Below are positions 49,621 to 59,298 of a DNA stretch of 59,599 bases, one piece after another. Positions within the stretch are counted from its first letter, which is position 1. The number at the start of each line of letters is the position of its first letter. Source of the DNA: Pseudobdellovibrionaceae bacterium (GTDB taxonomy: Bacteria > Bdellovibrionota > Bdellovibrionia > Bdellovibrionales > UBA1609); assembly GCA_043720065.1 (NCBI GenBank), contig JAYSTF010000130.1, positions 1-59,599 on the forward strand, given 5' to 3'. Position numbers and translations under genes: made by a program. The notes under the pieces are model-generated. The model made no database searches, was not told where the DNA came from, and worked only from the letters and a program-made list of their open reading frames with translations.

Positions 49621-51096
49621 TTATGGCGAGTACGGTAACGGCCCGCAATCATTTTGCGAGGCTATTTGACTAAGGTGGGCCCTATCGTTCCAGTGACTAG
49701 AACCTGGAACCAGCGTTGCCGCTTGCGCCCGCATAATATCCAGTTGGGCATCATAAACACCCAAATGATTTAAATGCACACTCAAGCGATCCAGAAGGGC
49801 CTGGTGTTGCACAATAAATCCTTTTAAATAGGGTTTATTTATTTTTTTTAATGTCTTCATCCGTTCGAGAACGCCGTTTCGAACCTGATTCAAGCGCACG
49901 GTTTTATCCACGATGGCCTGATAAATTTCCGCGCGAAGTTTAATTTCCGCCTCTTGGAACTTATTATCTGGAAACGGTCTCACCCGCACTGGAACTGGGT
50001 GTCTAGACTGCGGCACCATGGCAAGAGTGTGCTCCCGAAACCGTCCGCAAATATTGTGGTTGCGAAAGTCACTGATCATTTCTTCCAGACTCGTTTGTAA
50101 AGCCAAATCTTGAGTCGATACCCAAGCCAATGCACTGTTCGTGAGCTGAGCTCCAAGGACGTAACGCTGCCAATCAGTCACGCTCGAAGACTGCAAAGCT
50201 TTTGCAAGCTCTAAAGTTTCGGCCTCGTGTAACTTGTGGTACTGATCTGTGATCTCTTTGCTTGTAAAATACGCAGCTAATTTCCCTAATGGGTACGCGA
50301 CTACAAAACCAACGACGGTCGACACAGAGACCAACTTATTCGCTAACAAGGCGGACGTCAGATACCTGAGCGCTAAAACTGACACCGTAGCCTGGACCGT
50401 GCCCGCAGTTAAAGCTTCCGCGGTCAAAGTGGCCAAGTCACGCATGAGGTGAAGGTCAGAGTAATTTACATAGATCATGCCCCCCAGTATATCGAAAGGA
50501 GGCGCCTGCATTTTGGCGCCAGAGTGACCTCCCTGCGGGTCGCCAGCGCTAGACGCTGAGATTGCAGTCCGAGCAAACATGATTGCTGCAAGGTACTTCG
50601 CCATTCGAATAAGGGCGGGTCTCGCCGTCGTTCGCATTTTCGTAAGAATAGGTGTTCGCAGTACAATGGCGGCTCCACCAAGCACCAAGGTTCCTGCGGT
50701 GAGTCCTACTACGCCTTTAGCCACGGCCGAGGATTTGTAGTTTTTCATTCCTTCGTAATTATCGCTGAGCCATTGAAGTTGAAAAATCACCTTCAAGTCC
50801 TCATAGGCACTACCGGACCGACTGTACTTCGCTTCAAACACTTTTAGGCGAGACTCGTAAACTTGGCTGTTTTCGGCCTTAAATAGATCGGCTGTCGCCA
50901 TCCACGAGGCCCGAGACAAGCACCCAAAGTCGGGAGCTTTCTGAGCCATATATTCGTCAACCGCTTGCTCGAATGAAACCGGCGTCGACCAATCAGCGCA
51001 TCGTGTGGTCGGGGCCTCCATCGCCACGGCCAACGATGTCATCACTAAACTTCCAAAAACGCCTGATACTATTTTTATCAAATTGAGTTTTATCAT
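49621..51096 (-). CDS. Secreted/membrane helical hypothetical protein coupled to cti
   Basis: 1-nt overlap with the cti stop; signal peptide and several hydrophobic Gly/Ala-rich helices. Confidence 0.7.
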   Translation of the reverse strand: MIKLNLIKIVSGVFGSLVMTSLAVAMEAPTTRCADWSTPVSFEQAVDEYMAQKAPDFGCLSRASWMATADLFKAENSQVYESRLKVFEAKYSRSGSAYEDLKVIFQLQWLSDNYEGMKNYKSSAVAKGVVGLTAGTLVLGGAAIVLRTPILTKMRTTARPALIRMAKYLAAIMFARTAISASSAGDPQGGHSGAKMQAPPFDILGGMIYVNYSDLHLMRDLATLTAEALTAGTVQATVSVLALRYLTSALLANKLVSVSTVVGFVVAYPLGKLAAYFTSKEITDQYHKLHEAETLELAKALQSSSVTDWQRYVLGAQLTNSALAWVSTQDLALQTSLEEMISDFRNHNICGRFREHTLAMVPQSRHPVPVRVRPFPDNKFQEAEIKLRAEIYQAIVDKTVRLNQVRNGVLERMKTLKKINKPYLKGFIVQHQALLDRLSVHLNHLGVYDAQLDIMRAQAATLVPGSSHWNDRAHLSQIASQNDCGPLPYSP

Positions 51097-53705
51097 TATT
51101 CCTCCAATTCTTCACTCACCGACCGGCGCAGTAACGGTGGTAAATTGCTGAAATATTCTCCGGTTTCATCACCGTTGTACCGATAATCGATGCCGTAACG
51201 GTTGAAGTCCAAAGCGCCATATTCCAGCGGGTACTTCTGCTGAAAAAGCTGATGCAATCGATCCGAAGCGGGCCAAAATTTTTCTGAGCCTGGTCCACTT
51301 CTCGGATTTCCGAAGGTTCTTGTCCACGCCTCGTAACTGGCGTGATCGGTGATGGCGACCATTTTTTCCAAGAAATCGCGTCCTTGTTCAACCCGGATCC
51401 AAAAAGTAAAGTTAGGATAGGAGCTCAGAATACCTTTATAAAAAATCATAGAATCGAGCGCTTCATTTCTTCGAGCCTTCTCCTGTGTCATTGAAGCGAT
51501 ATTCAAATGCTCTTTATTGCGAATCAGCGTGTAAATTTCTGCGCCTTCGGGGCCTTCCACAACAAGGATGGATGCACTTGGCATCAAAGTGACCCATTTC
51601 GAAAAGTAAGAGACCCGATCGCTTAATTTCGCTAGCTCGGTTTCAAACTGTGCGATCGTTTTAGTGTTATAAATTTTAACGTTCTTACTGCTACTGGCCA
51701 GAGGCTTGTCCGGATTTAATTGGTTGTTATCAACCACCGCAGGATTAATTCTTTCTTTAAACAGCTCGACCAAATCTCGGCGATACCGTCGCAAAACCGA
51801 TAATTTTTCGACTGTCGTTGCATGATCATAAATATTTTGATTGAGCGGCGGCAAAGGCACTTGATTGTCCTTATCAAGTCCCAACAAGGGAAATGAACCC
51901 GTGATAAAATCACCAGTGATTGCATTGAGCTGTTCCGCAATAGAAGTGGCTGATTTCAAATACCACGAACGGCGCATAGGAGGCCGAACATTTCGCGGTA
52001 AAAAGCTTAAGAAGTTTTCTTCCGCTTCCATTTTGGTATAGGACATATACAAGCGCGTGTGGACTTGATGAGTCGCATCCCCATACACATCAAAACCCAC
52101 GACCAAGTTATAATAAATGCGTTCAAAGATAGAATAGTCCAACACAAAGGCGGTCTTCGAAGTGGCACCGACCAATCCCTTGACCACGGCGGCAGAATCC
52201 TCGTGACGAAATACCGTCAGGGCCGCGTTTTCATTCGGACCTTCGCTGCTAATATTGCCTTCATCTTTTCCGTTCCAAATATCATTCACGGAATATCCCC
52301 GGGGAAACTCACGGCCATAATACTCATTCCGTAGCGACCGGAATTGATTTCTGTCATATCTTTGCAGAACGGCCCTAATAGCTCCCAGAATTTGACCACT
52401 GCCTTCCTGTGCCGGAAGATGGGAATAATCGATCGCGTCTTCAGAGAACCGCTTGTTTCGCACCATCAGGTCAGATTCCGGTTTTAAGAAGAACACATAA
52501 AACTGTTCATCGATGGAATTAACAGCCGTATTGCCTTTACAAACAGGCCCTTTGATAAAAGTCATAACGTGGTATTGGGCATCATCCAGCAAAAACTGAT
52601 ATCGAGCCTTTGCCGGAATATCTTTGAAGACTAGGAATGGGTTGTTAGCTTTGCTATCCTCACGAGGAGCCACATCCGCGCTGCCATTTTTACCCTTAAA
52701 TGAGACCGACCAAGACTGAGAATAAAAGAGGTCGGACCAGCGTTTAATCCTATTTTCATCCACCAGATAGGGCATATGAGTTTTGTTTACAACCATCGCA
52801 TCGTCTTTCTTTAAACAATAAAAGAAGGTCCCGGCCGTGTCATCCCAAGGTCTTCGGGTGGCGATTTCATCCGGAGAGTTACATGCGGTACGAGAACGAA
52901 TCAGCCGATAAAAACTATCCGTCCGGTCTTTTTGCAAATAAATATGGGCCAAAAAAAGATGTTCATAAATGTAACGACTGACAAGGCTTTGGCGTTTGGC
53001 TTGAACCAGATCTTTATTTGTAAGATACGCATTCAAAAACCCCTCGATGAACCGGGTTTTCATCAGGTCGCTCGCGGATTGAGCTAACGGTTTTGACTCC
53101 CGGGGCGATCCCATCTCTGTCCAAACTTTGATTTTCTGGATTTCGCTATTTTGTAAGGCTGGAAGCCCGTACGGCATTCCGGCATTAGGTCGACTCATCA
53201 AGTGCTCATTCAGCGCTTTTGGAACATCTGGACAAACACGAGAGTTTTCTGACAATTGCTTTGGATTGGCAAGATCATCAATCACCAAAGAGGCGTTGGC
53301 TTTTTTGTGAGTGACAGTTTTTAAAATGAGCGAAGCGTCGATATTCTTTTGCATATCGCCCGTGTCTTGAGTTACGGGTCTAAAATGAATTTCGTTTGAA
53401 AAATTACGCCACGCTTCGGTGGATTTACGATCAATTCCTAAGCGACTCATGGGAGCTGGCTTCAATCTTCCTGGACTAAAAACCTCAAAGTTTTTCACTA
53501 ATCCGCGATCCAGTCCTTCAGCGGACCCGACATTTAACTGGCAAGGAGAATTGTAACAAGAGTGACACTGAATGCAGCGGCTCTGAAAGATCGGCTTGAT
53601 ATTCAAGTCAAAATATTGAGCTCCAACAACATCTGCCACGGCGATCCCAGGTGTCGAACTTATGATCAAAAGCGGCAAAAACCGGTAAAGTATTCTCGCT
53701 AACAT
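51096..53705 (-). CDS. cti: Fatty-acid cis/trans isomerase (cytochrome c-type)
   Basis: RCIQCHSCYNSPCQL heme-c motif, GMPYGLP, YIYEHLFLAH, IATRRPWD, TFIKGPVCKG, LTVFRHEDSA, LDFNRY. Confidence 0.9.
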   Translation of the reverse strand: MLARILYRFLPLLIISSTPGIAVADVVGAQYFDLNIKPIFQSRCIQCHSCYNSPCQLNVGSAEGLDRGLVKNFEVFSPGRLKPAPMSRLGIDRKSTEAWRNFSNEIHFRPVTQDTGDMQKNIDASLILKTVTHKKANASLVIDDLANPKQLSENSRVCPDVPKALNEHLMSRPNAGMPYGLPALQNSEIQKIKVWTEMGSPRESKPLAQSASDLMKTRFIEGFLNAYLTNKDLVQAKRQSLVSRYIYEHLFLAHIYLQKDRTDSFYRLIRSRTACNSPDEIATRRPWDDTAGTFFYCLKKDDAMVVNKTHMPYLVDENRIKRWSDLFYSQSWSVSFKGKNGSADVAPREDSKANNPFLVFKDIPAKARYQFLLDDAQYHVMTFIKGPVCKGNTAVNSIDEQFYVFFLKPESDLMVRNKRFSEDAIDYSHLPAQEGSGQILGAIRAVLQRYDRNQFRSLRNEYYGREFPRGYSVNDIWNGKDEGNISSEGPNENAALTVFRHEDSAAVVKGLVGATSKTAFVLDYSIFERIYYNLVVGFDVYGDATHQVHTRLYMSYTKMEAEENFLSFLPRNVRPPMRRSWYLKSATSIAEQLNAITGDFITGSFPLLGLDKDNQVPLPPLNQNIYDHATTVEKLSVLRRYRRDLVELFKERINPAVVDNNQLNPDKPLASSSKNVKIYNTKTIAQFETELAKLSDRVSYFSKWVTLMPSASILVVEGPEGAEIYTLIRNKEHLNIASMTQEKARRNEALDSMIFYKGILSSYPNFTFWIRVEQGRDFLEKMVAITDHASYEAWTRTFGNPRSGPGSEKFWPASDRLHQLFQQKYPLEYGALDFNRYGIDYRYNGDETGEYFSNLPPLLRRSVSEELEE

Positions 53706-53869
53706 GCATTTCTCCTGACTCAAATGCGCCACCACGCTTGCCAAGAAGCAATCCGATGGATTCGATTTCTACCGGAAAATTATTACATAAAGTGGACCAT
53801 CGAATGCTGCCTCAATTTACTCGCTACATTGCCAAGGCGAAAGGAGGGTAGGAAAAAGGCGCCTAACAA

Positions 53870-53945
53870 CCCATTAGTTTCGTGTGCGCTCGATTGCCGG
53901 AACAGGACCATCGAGGGCTGAACGGTTCGGCGGACCTTCAACGGC
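53870..53945 (+). mobile_element. Internally deleted remnant of the nested-IR element (copy C)
   Basis: AGTTTCGTGTGC..ATTGCCGGAACAGGACCATCGA joined to GGCGGACCTTCAACGGC. Confidence 0.8.
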
Positions 53946-53946
53946 A

Positions 53947-54237
53947 TCCAGGTCGCACACAACCAGTTCATGCTGAGTTGACCCTTCTGATTTTTTCTTA
54001 TTTGCCACGACGCTTGTTTCTTTGATTTTTCTTCAGCTCAGTGAAAAGAACTTTAGTGTTCGTAGCAGTTGCTGGCTTTTTCGTTTCCCAGTCGCTGAAC
54101 TCACTCAACGCTTCCATAGATTCTTTTGCGTAAAAAGTTTTTTGAGAATCGGGAACGAAAGTACCCGCTGAAATTCGAATTTCGCTATCGCTGACTTCTT
54201 CGACGCGAACCCCAGAGAACGCAATCTTGCCGATCAT
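53947..54237 (-). pseudogene. Partial duplicate of the TA pair at 55670-56327
   Basis: 53947-54209 aligns with 55983-56245; antitoxin lacks its N-terminus, toxin keeps about 20 codons. Confidence 0.85.
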
Positions 54238-55298
54238 GGTTTTATGTACCGAGTTGTTCGGCCCACGCCCACGCGTTTCACCAATTTAAGTTCCAGTAAG
54301 CGGTTCAAAATTTGTTTTGCGCTGACGGCTGGAATCTTAAGGCGGGCCGCAATCAACTTTGTCGAAATTTCCTCCCGTTTATCGAGTAGCGTGAGCGCCT
54401 TTTGCTGATTTGGCGAAAGCAAGGCTTCCTTCGGTGCCGAACGCAAAAAACCCTGTAGCACTTCTATCTGGCGTACCATCGCATCGAGAAAAAAATGAAT
54501 CCAGCGAGCGACCTCCGCCTTAGGTGACTTGCCATCCTTCTGCGCGGTCCTCAGAGCTATATAGTATTCAACCTTATGGTCTTCGATGATCTTTTCAAGT
54601 GAAGCGTAGGGCATATAGGTATACCCCGCGTGGAGCAGCAGTAAATTAGTGAGTATGCGGCTCAAACGACCATTGCCATCGTGAAATGGATGGATAGCCA
54701 AGAACTCCACGATAAAATTAGCGATGACTAGAGCGGGATGATTTTCGCGAGATTTAAGTTGTGCCTTTGTCCATTCGATCAACTCCCGCATTTCAGAAGG
54801 TGTGAGATGAGGTTCAGTTGGATTGAACAGAACTGTTTCACCACCAGCTCGATCGAAGGCGACAACTTTGTTTGGTGCTGACTTGTATCTGCCTTTTCGC
54901 TTCTGATCCTTCTCGGAATATCTCAACAGCTGATCGTGAAATTGCAAGATCACACCTTCGGTAAAGGGGATGTCGCGGTAGGAGTCGAAAACAGTCCGCA
55001 GGACTTCGGCATAACCGGCGACTTCTTGCGAATCGCGATCTGTTAGCTTGCTCACGCGCAGCCCTTTGAGCAGTTTCTCAACTTCCTTATCCGAAAGATG
55101 GCTACCCTCGATTCGCGTCGAGGCACCTGTCGATGTGACTACGATACTTCGCTTAAGCCTACCTAGGGCCTGCGGATTTGATACGGGTCCTACTTTCCAA
55201 AAGCCTTTGAACTCGTCAATCTTGGAGATTCTCGATATAATAGCCTTCAGGTCCTTCCCGGATATGTTCTCTAAGCGTTCTGTTAAATGGGTACTCAT
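54234..55298 (-). CDS. Fic-family protein with C-terminal HTH
   Basis: HPFHDGNGRLSR; STRIEG motif; GVGRTTRY. Confidence 0.93.
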   Translation of the reverse strand: MSTHLTERLENISGKDLKAIISRISKIDEFKGFWKVGPVSNPQALGRLKRSIVVTSTGASTRIEGSHLSDKEVEKLLKGLRVSKLTDRDSQEVAGYAEVLRTVFDSYRDIPFTEGVILQFHDQLLRYSEKDQKRKGRYKSAPNKVVAFDRAGGETVLFNPTEPHLTPSEMRELIEWTKAQLKSRENHPALVIANFIVEFLAIHPFHDGNGRLSRILTNLLLLHAGYTYMPYASLEKIIEDHKVEYYIALRTAQKDGKSPKAEVARWIHFFLDAMVRQIEVLQGFLRSAPKEALLSPNQQKALTLLDKREEISTKLIAARLKIPAVSAKQILNRLLELKLVKRVGVGRTTRYIKP

Positions 55299-55437
55299 AA
55301 CTATATCCAATTATATCTGATTGTATCCGATAAAGAAAAGGTTATTTATGGGTGTAATTACGGGTAAGTGCTGGACAAAGGGCCTGTCCCTACCGGCACG
55401 TTTCCCGCCACATGGCGGACAAGTGGCGGGCAAATAC

Positions 55438-55596
55438 TTATACCTGGAAGAGTTGTACCACGCGGCCCATAACATCCTTGGGCGGCAGGATCTTTAGATT
55501 TTCAGTGGCACCTTCAATTTCGATTCCCGCAAGCCGAATATATTTTTGCTTTGTTTTTAGGTCTTTCCAGTCGCAAATTTTCATCACAACGATAGG
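55438..55596 (-). pseudogene. C-terminal remnant of a tyrosine recombinase/integrase
   Basis: Manual translation PIVVMKICDWKDLKTKQKYIRLAGIEIEGATENLKILP resembles integrase box II with the catalytic Tyr; not in the ORF track. Confidence 0.6.
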
Positions 55597-55669
55597 TGAG
55601 TGGTGCGAGGATCAAAGAAAGTATGCCTTCTTGATTTAGCAACAATTCGTCTTGCCGCTAAAAAAGCGG

Positions 55670-56044
55670 TTAGACATTTTCCCCACCACCTTCATCATAT
55701 GCACTGTCGTGATCGGGGTGAAGGGAAATAAAGCGCATAAAACGGCCGTCTCGACAAACACGAGCTCTAAGCTTTCCCGATATTCGAATCGACGCAATTG
55801 TTTTTCCGCTAGCTGTTTTTTGGCCTTCAATGGGTTCCCAATTAAGGCCTCGCTTCTGAGTTTTAGAAGAAGTTTTGTAAAGTTGATCCCAAGTCATCTG
55901 TAGAATTTTTTCGACGGCGTTTTCAACTTGTTCAAGATCTTCCATCTCGAGCTCTTGAAGTTCTTCCCGTACTCGCGGAAACTCCAGGTCGCAGATAACC
56001 AGTTCGTGCTGAGCTGACCCTTCTGATTTTTTCTTATTTACCAC
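55670..56044 (-). CDS. Putative RelE/ParE-superfamily toxin
   Basis: GLNWEPI..SIRISGKLRA..FISLHPDHDSAY; overlaps the upstream antitoxin-like gene. Confidence 0.6.
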   Translation of the reverse strand: MVNKKKSEGSAQHELVICDLEFPRVREELQELEMEDLEQVENAVEKILQMTWDQLYKTSSKTQKRGLNWEPIEGQKTASGKTIASIRISGKLRARVCRDGRFMRFISLHPDHDSAYDEGGGENV

Positions 56045-56327
56045 GATGCTTGGTTCTTTGGGTTTTCTTCAGCTCAGCGAAAAGAGCTTTAGTGTTCGTA
56101 GCAGTTGCTGGCTTTTTCTTTTCCCAGTCGTTGAATTCATTCAACGCTTCGATAGATTCTCTTGTGTAAAAAGTTTTTTGTGAATCGGGAACGAAAGTAC
56201 CCGCTGAAATTCGAATTTCGCTATCGCTAACTTCTTCGACGCGAATTTGCTTTCCTGCCCACGATGAGCCAATACTAATCTGGCCGTTTGCCGGAACCTT
56301 AATTAATTTGACTGCCTTTGCTCCCAT
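56034..56327 (-). CDS. Putative AbrB/MazE-like antitoxin
   Basis: IKVPANGQISIG..AGKQIRVEEVSDSEIRI swapped-hairpin pattern. Confidence 0.65.
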   Translation of the reverse strand: MGAKAVKLIKVPANGQISIGSSWAGKQIRVEEVSDSEIRISAGTFVPDSQKTFYTRESIEALNEFNDWEKKKPATATNTKALFAELKKTQRTKHRGK

Positions 56328-56336
56328 AATTTCCTC

Positions 56337-56371
56337 ATTTCCTATTTTCATAATATAGTAAAATAGGAAAT
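56337..56371. promoter_or_regulatory. 12-bp inverted-repeat operator upstream of the TA pair
   Basis: ATTTCCTATTTT-N11-AAAATAGGAAAT. Confidence 0.65.
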
Positions 56372-56568
56372 TAAGCAATAATCAAAAAAACAGCAGCAGA
56401 CCCGGGAAATATTGACTTATATATATGATTTTATTGAGTTATTTTAAACTTTGGGGTGACCCTTTGGTCAGTCGTCGAACCCCTTGTCATCCCCTTCGAT
56501 ATAGATTCAATGCTTCAGAAAAACTGTAAAGACGGAACCGTTAAACCCTGGAACTCTATAGGAAATAA

Positions 56569-56853
56569 ATTGGTTTTGAGGGAATCGTCAGTCGATCTTC
56601 TCAAGCGCCGTTCGGAAGGGACATCGTCCACGGACAGTTGATTCGAAATCAAATGGAATGGGGCTGGGTTGAAAAAATCCAAAGCCTTCGCGCGCAAGAG
56701 GCAAGTCTGCACAAGATTGCGGATTTTTTGACGGAACATAAAGTCCCGACAAAAAATGGCGGGCGTTGGTTTGCAAAAACCATCAGTCAGATCTTAAAGT
56801 TCAATGAAGGCATCCAGTTGAGGAGTGGAAATGGGACCAATGTCTCATCATGA
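56569..56853 (+). pseudogene. Remnant of a large-serine-recombinase DNA-binding (recombinase) domain
   Basis: SQAPFG..SLHKIADFLTEHKVPTKNGGRWFAKTISQIL; in-frame stop at 56566, no catalytic domain. Confidence 0.7.
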
Positions 56854-56912
56854 GACAAAGCCTGTAACCATTTGATTCTATTGAATTAAGCCACCACGCA
56901 GCGCCGCACATA

Positions 56913-56961
56913 AACTTAATATTGGCACTCAATTGACTTATTTGAGTGCCAATATTAAGTT
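56913..56961. promoter_or_regulatory. 20-bp inverted-repeat operator of abiE enclosing TTGACT
   Basis: AACTTAATATTGGCACTCAA-TTGACTTAT-TTGAGTGCCAATATTAAGTT; AbiEi proteins are known to autorepress via promoter IRs. Confidence 0.8.
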
Positions 56962-56967
56962 AAAGAA

Positions 56968-57564
56968 ATGAAGCCCAAAGCCGCTCTCATTAAAATAAAG
57001 TCTCTCCTGCGGTTCTCCAGCTTTAGGAGTAGAGACGCTCGCAAACTCGGCGTGAATGCCGCGACTCTCGCGTACTACGTCAAAGCTGGCGACCTTGAAC
57101 GCATTGGCCACGGCGTATACCGGGGAACGAAGGCGCCTTCCATTCAAGATTTCCGCTGGGAAGACCTCATTGACGCGGTCATCAGAACTCGTGGCGGGGT
57201 TGTCTGTCTCACATCAGCTCTAGCCCTCTACGGACTGACGGAAGAAATTCCAAGGCAGCACTGGATCGCGATTGATAATCACACGCGCCACCGTGCGAAC
57301 CGCTCAACCAAGATTATCAGAATGAGAAATCTCTCTTCTGGCAAAACCAAAATGGATCTGGGAGGCATTTCAATCCCGATTTTTGATCGCGAACGCACCA
57401 TCGTCGATGCGTTCAGATACCTCAGCAAGGAAACGGCGATCAAAGCCCTCAAGACAGCCCTTAACTCTAAACGCAGCGAGAAAGTCGACTTCGAGAAACT
57501 GAGAAAATATGCGAAGGCGCTCAGAGTCCAGATCGAGCCTTACATTCTGGCGGTGACGACATGA
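56968..57564 (+). CDS. abiEi: Type IV TA antitoxin, AbiEi family
   Basis: LERIGHGVY, VCLTSALALYGLTEEIP, DRERTIVDAF. Confidence 0.9.
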   Translation: MKPKAALIKIKSLLRFSSFRSRDARKLGVNAATLAYYVKAGDLERIGHGVYRGTKAPSIQDFRWEDLIDAVIRTRGGVVCLTSALALYGLTEEIPRQHWIAIDNHTRHRANRSTKIIRMRNLSSGKTKMDLGGISIPIFDRERTIVDAFRYLSKETAIKALKTALNSKRSEKVDFEKLRKYAKALRVQIEPYILAVTT

Positions 57565-58430
57565 AAGCAGAAGCGCTGAAAGCAAGAATTAAGGTTATCG
57601 CGCAAGAGCATCACAAGACGTTCAATGAAGTTTGGAAGCAACTGCTTCTGGAGCGATTTCTAGCGAGACTGGCCCGTTCAAATTACCATGATAAGTTCAT
57701 CTTCAAAGGCGGTCTTCTGCTCGCTCAGTATCTGATCATCGGAAGAGAAACGACAGATGCTGATTTCTTGATGACAAAGATGAAATCCGAAGCCGGCGCA
57801 ATAGAAACAGCATTCAAAGATATCACCGCAATCGACTTGGCAGATGGATTCAGTTTTTCTTACGCTGATATTGAAGAACTGAATCAACCGCATATGGAAT
57901 ATCCGGGCTTTCGAGTCATTCTCGATGCAAGTCTCGAAAAAATGAAAGATCGAATTCAAATCGACATCGGCGTTGGGGATCTCGTTGATGCCGTTTCGAA
58001 CCAGTTTCACCCTTTCGAATACAAAGGAAAACCAATTTTCGCAGGAGAAATTTCCCTCCTCACATATCCGGCCGAAGCCATTTTCGCCGAGAAGCTCGAA
58101 ACGCTCATTTCAAAGGGTGCAGCAAACAGTAGAATGAAGGACTATCACGACGTAATCTTAATGATCCGCGAACCCGAGCTGCTTGATGTTGATCGACTGC
58201 GAATCGCTGTAGATCAAACCTTCAAGCACCGAGGAACAGTTCTCAATATTCCGGTCGACTTCGATTTGACTGGAGCTGAGTTTCTTCAGAAGCTTTGGAC
58301 CCAACACCTGCGCGGCCTCGGCGCAGTCAAGGAGCAGCTCAATCTCCCTGAAAAGATATCCGACGTTTTGAAAGAGATGAATGTTTGGATTGTGCCGAAG
58401 CTTAAACCAACAGCCTCGTCAGGGTCCTGA
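57561..58430 (+). CDS. abiEii: Type IV TA toxin, AbiEii nucleotidyltransferase
   Basis: FIFKGGLLL..RETTDADF, AEKLE, NSRMKDYHD. Confidence 0.92.
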   Translation: MKAEALKARIKVIAQEHHKTFNEVWKQLLLERFLARLARSNYHDKFIFKGGLLLAQYLIIGRETTDADFLMTKMKSEAGAIETAFKDITAIDLADGFSFSYADIEELNQPHMEYPGFRVILDASLEKMKDRIQIDIGVGDLVDAVSNQFHPFEYKGKPIFAGEISLLTYPAEAIFAEKLETLISKGAANSRMKDYHDVILMIREPELLDVDRLRIAVDQTFKHRGTVLNIPVDFDLTGAEFLQKLWTQHLRGLGAVKEQLNLPEKISDVLKEMNVWIVPKLKPTASSGS

Positions 58431-58521
58431 GATGTGGCATCATGACGCTTTTGTCGATCAGGGATCCTCTAAAAGCATTTGGTTTTGGACGTCGATGTCT
58501 GGATAGTTTATTGTTCTAGTC

Positions 58522-59298
58522 ATGCCCGACTTTAAGGAAAAAATATTAGATGCGATCATTCAAGATCTTAAAGCGAATCCCAAAGCTTTGGCTGCTTGGG
58601 AAGGGGGATCTGCTGCGACTGGAACTACTGATCAGTATTCAGATATTGATCTGGCGGTCGTCGGTTCCGATTCAGTTGATATACTTTTTGAATCTATTGA
58701 ATCGACGCTGAATCGGATCTCAAGGATCACCCATAAATGGTTAGAGCCAAAGTCATTTTGGCCCGGCTGTTTTCAGCGAGTGTATATTCTTGCGGACTCG
58801 CCGAAACACTTCTTTGTCGACGTCGCTATATTCCTCCGCGAGTCAGACGATCTTCTACGTGAATTCATGGAGATCGATCGACATGGAAACCTTATTGTAC
58901 AATTTGATAAGTTAGCAATCCTCAAACCGCGAAGAGGCGATCCCGAAACACTAAAAGCCAAACAGCTTAACCGCCTAAGTGAAATTGAAGCCGCATTCCC
59001 TGTTTATAAAACCAATGTCATAAAGGAATTAGATCGGGAACATTCCATTGATGCTTTTGCTTTTTATTTTGGTGGTATGGTGAGACCGTTGGTGGAAACT
59101 ATGGGAATGCTCCACCGTCCTTTTCGCTTCGATTTCGGTTTGCGGTATCTTCACAAAACTTTTCCTATGGAAGATCAGAAACTTATCGAAAGATTTTTAT
59201 ATGTCAGAGATATGGACGAATTGAGAAAGCATGTTAACGAGATCGATATGTTATTAAAAAAAATAGCAAATCAGGTTCGAGATCGGCTTAGCAGATAA
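58522..59298 (+). CDS. Pol-beta-superfamily nucleotidyltransferase with helical C-terminus
   Basis: AWEGGSAATGTTDQYSDIDL. Confidence 0.85.
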   Translation: MPDFKEKILDAIIQDLKANPKALAAWEGGSAATGTTDQYSDIDLAVVGSDSVDILFESIESTLNRISRITHKWLEPKSFWPGCFQRVYILADSPKHFFVDVAIFLRESDDLLREFMEIDRHGNLIVQFDKLAILKPRRGDPETLKAKQLNRLSEIEAAFPVYKTNVIKELDREHSIDAFAFYFGGMVRPLVETMGMLHRPFRFDFGLRYLHKTFPMEDQKLIERFLYVRDMDELRKHVNEIDMLLKKIANQVRDRLSR

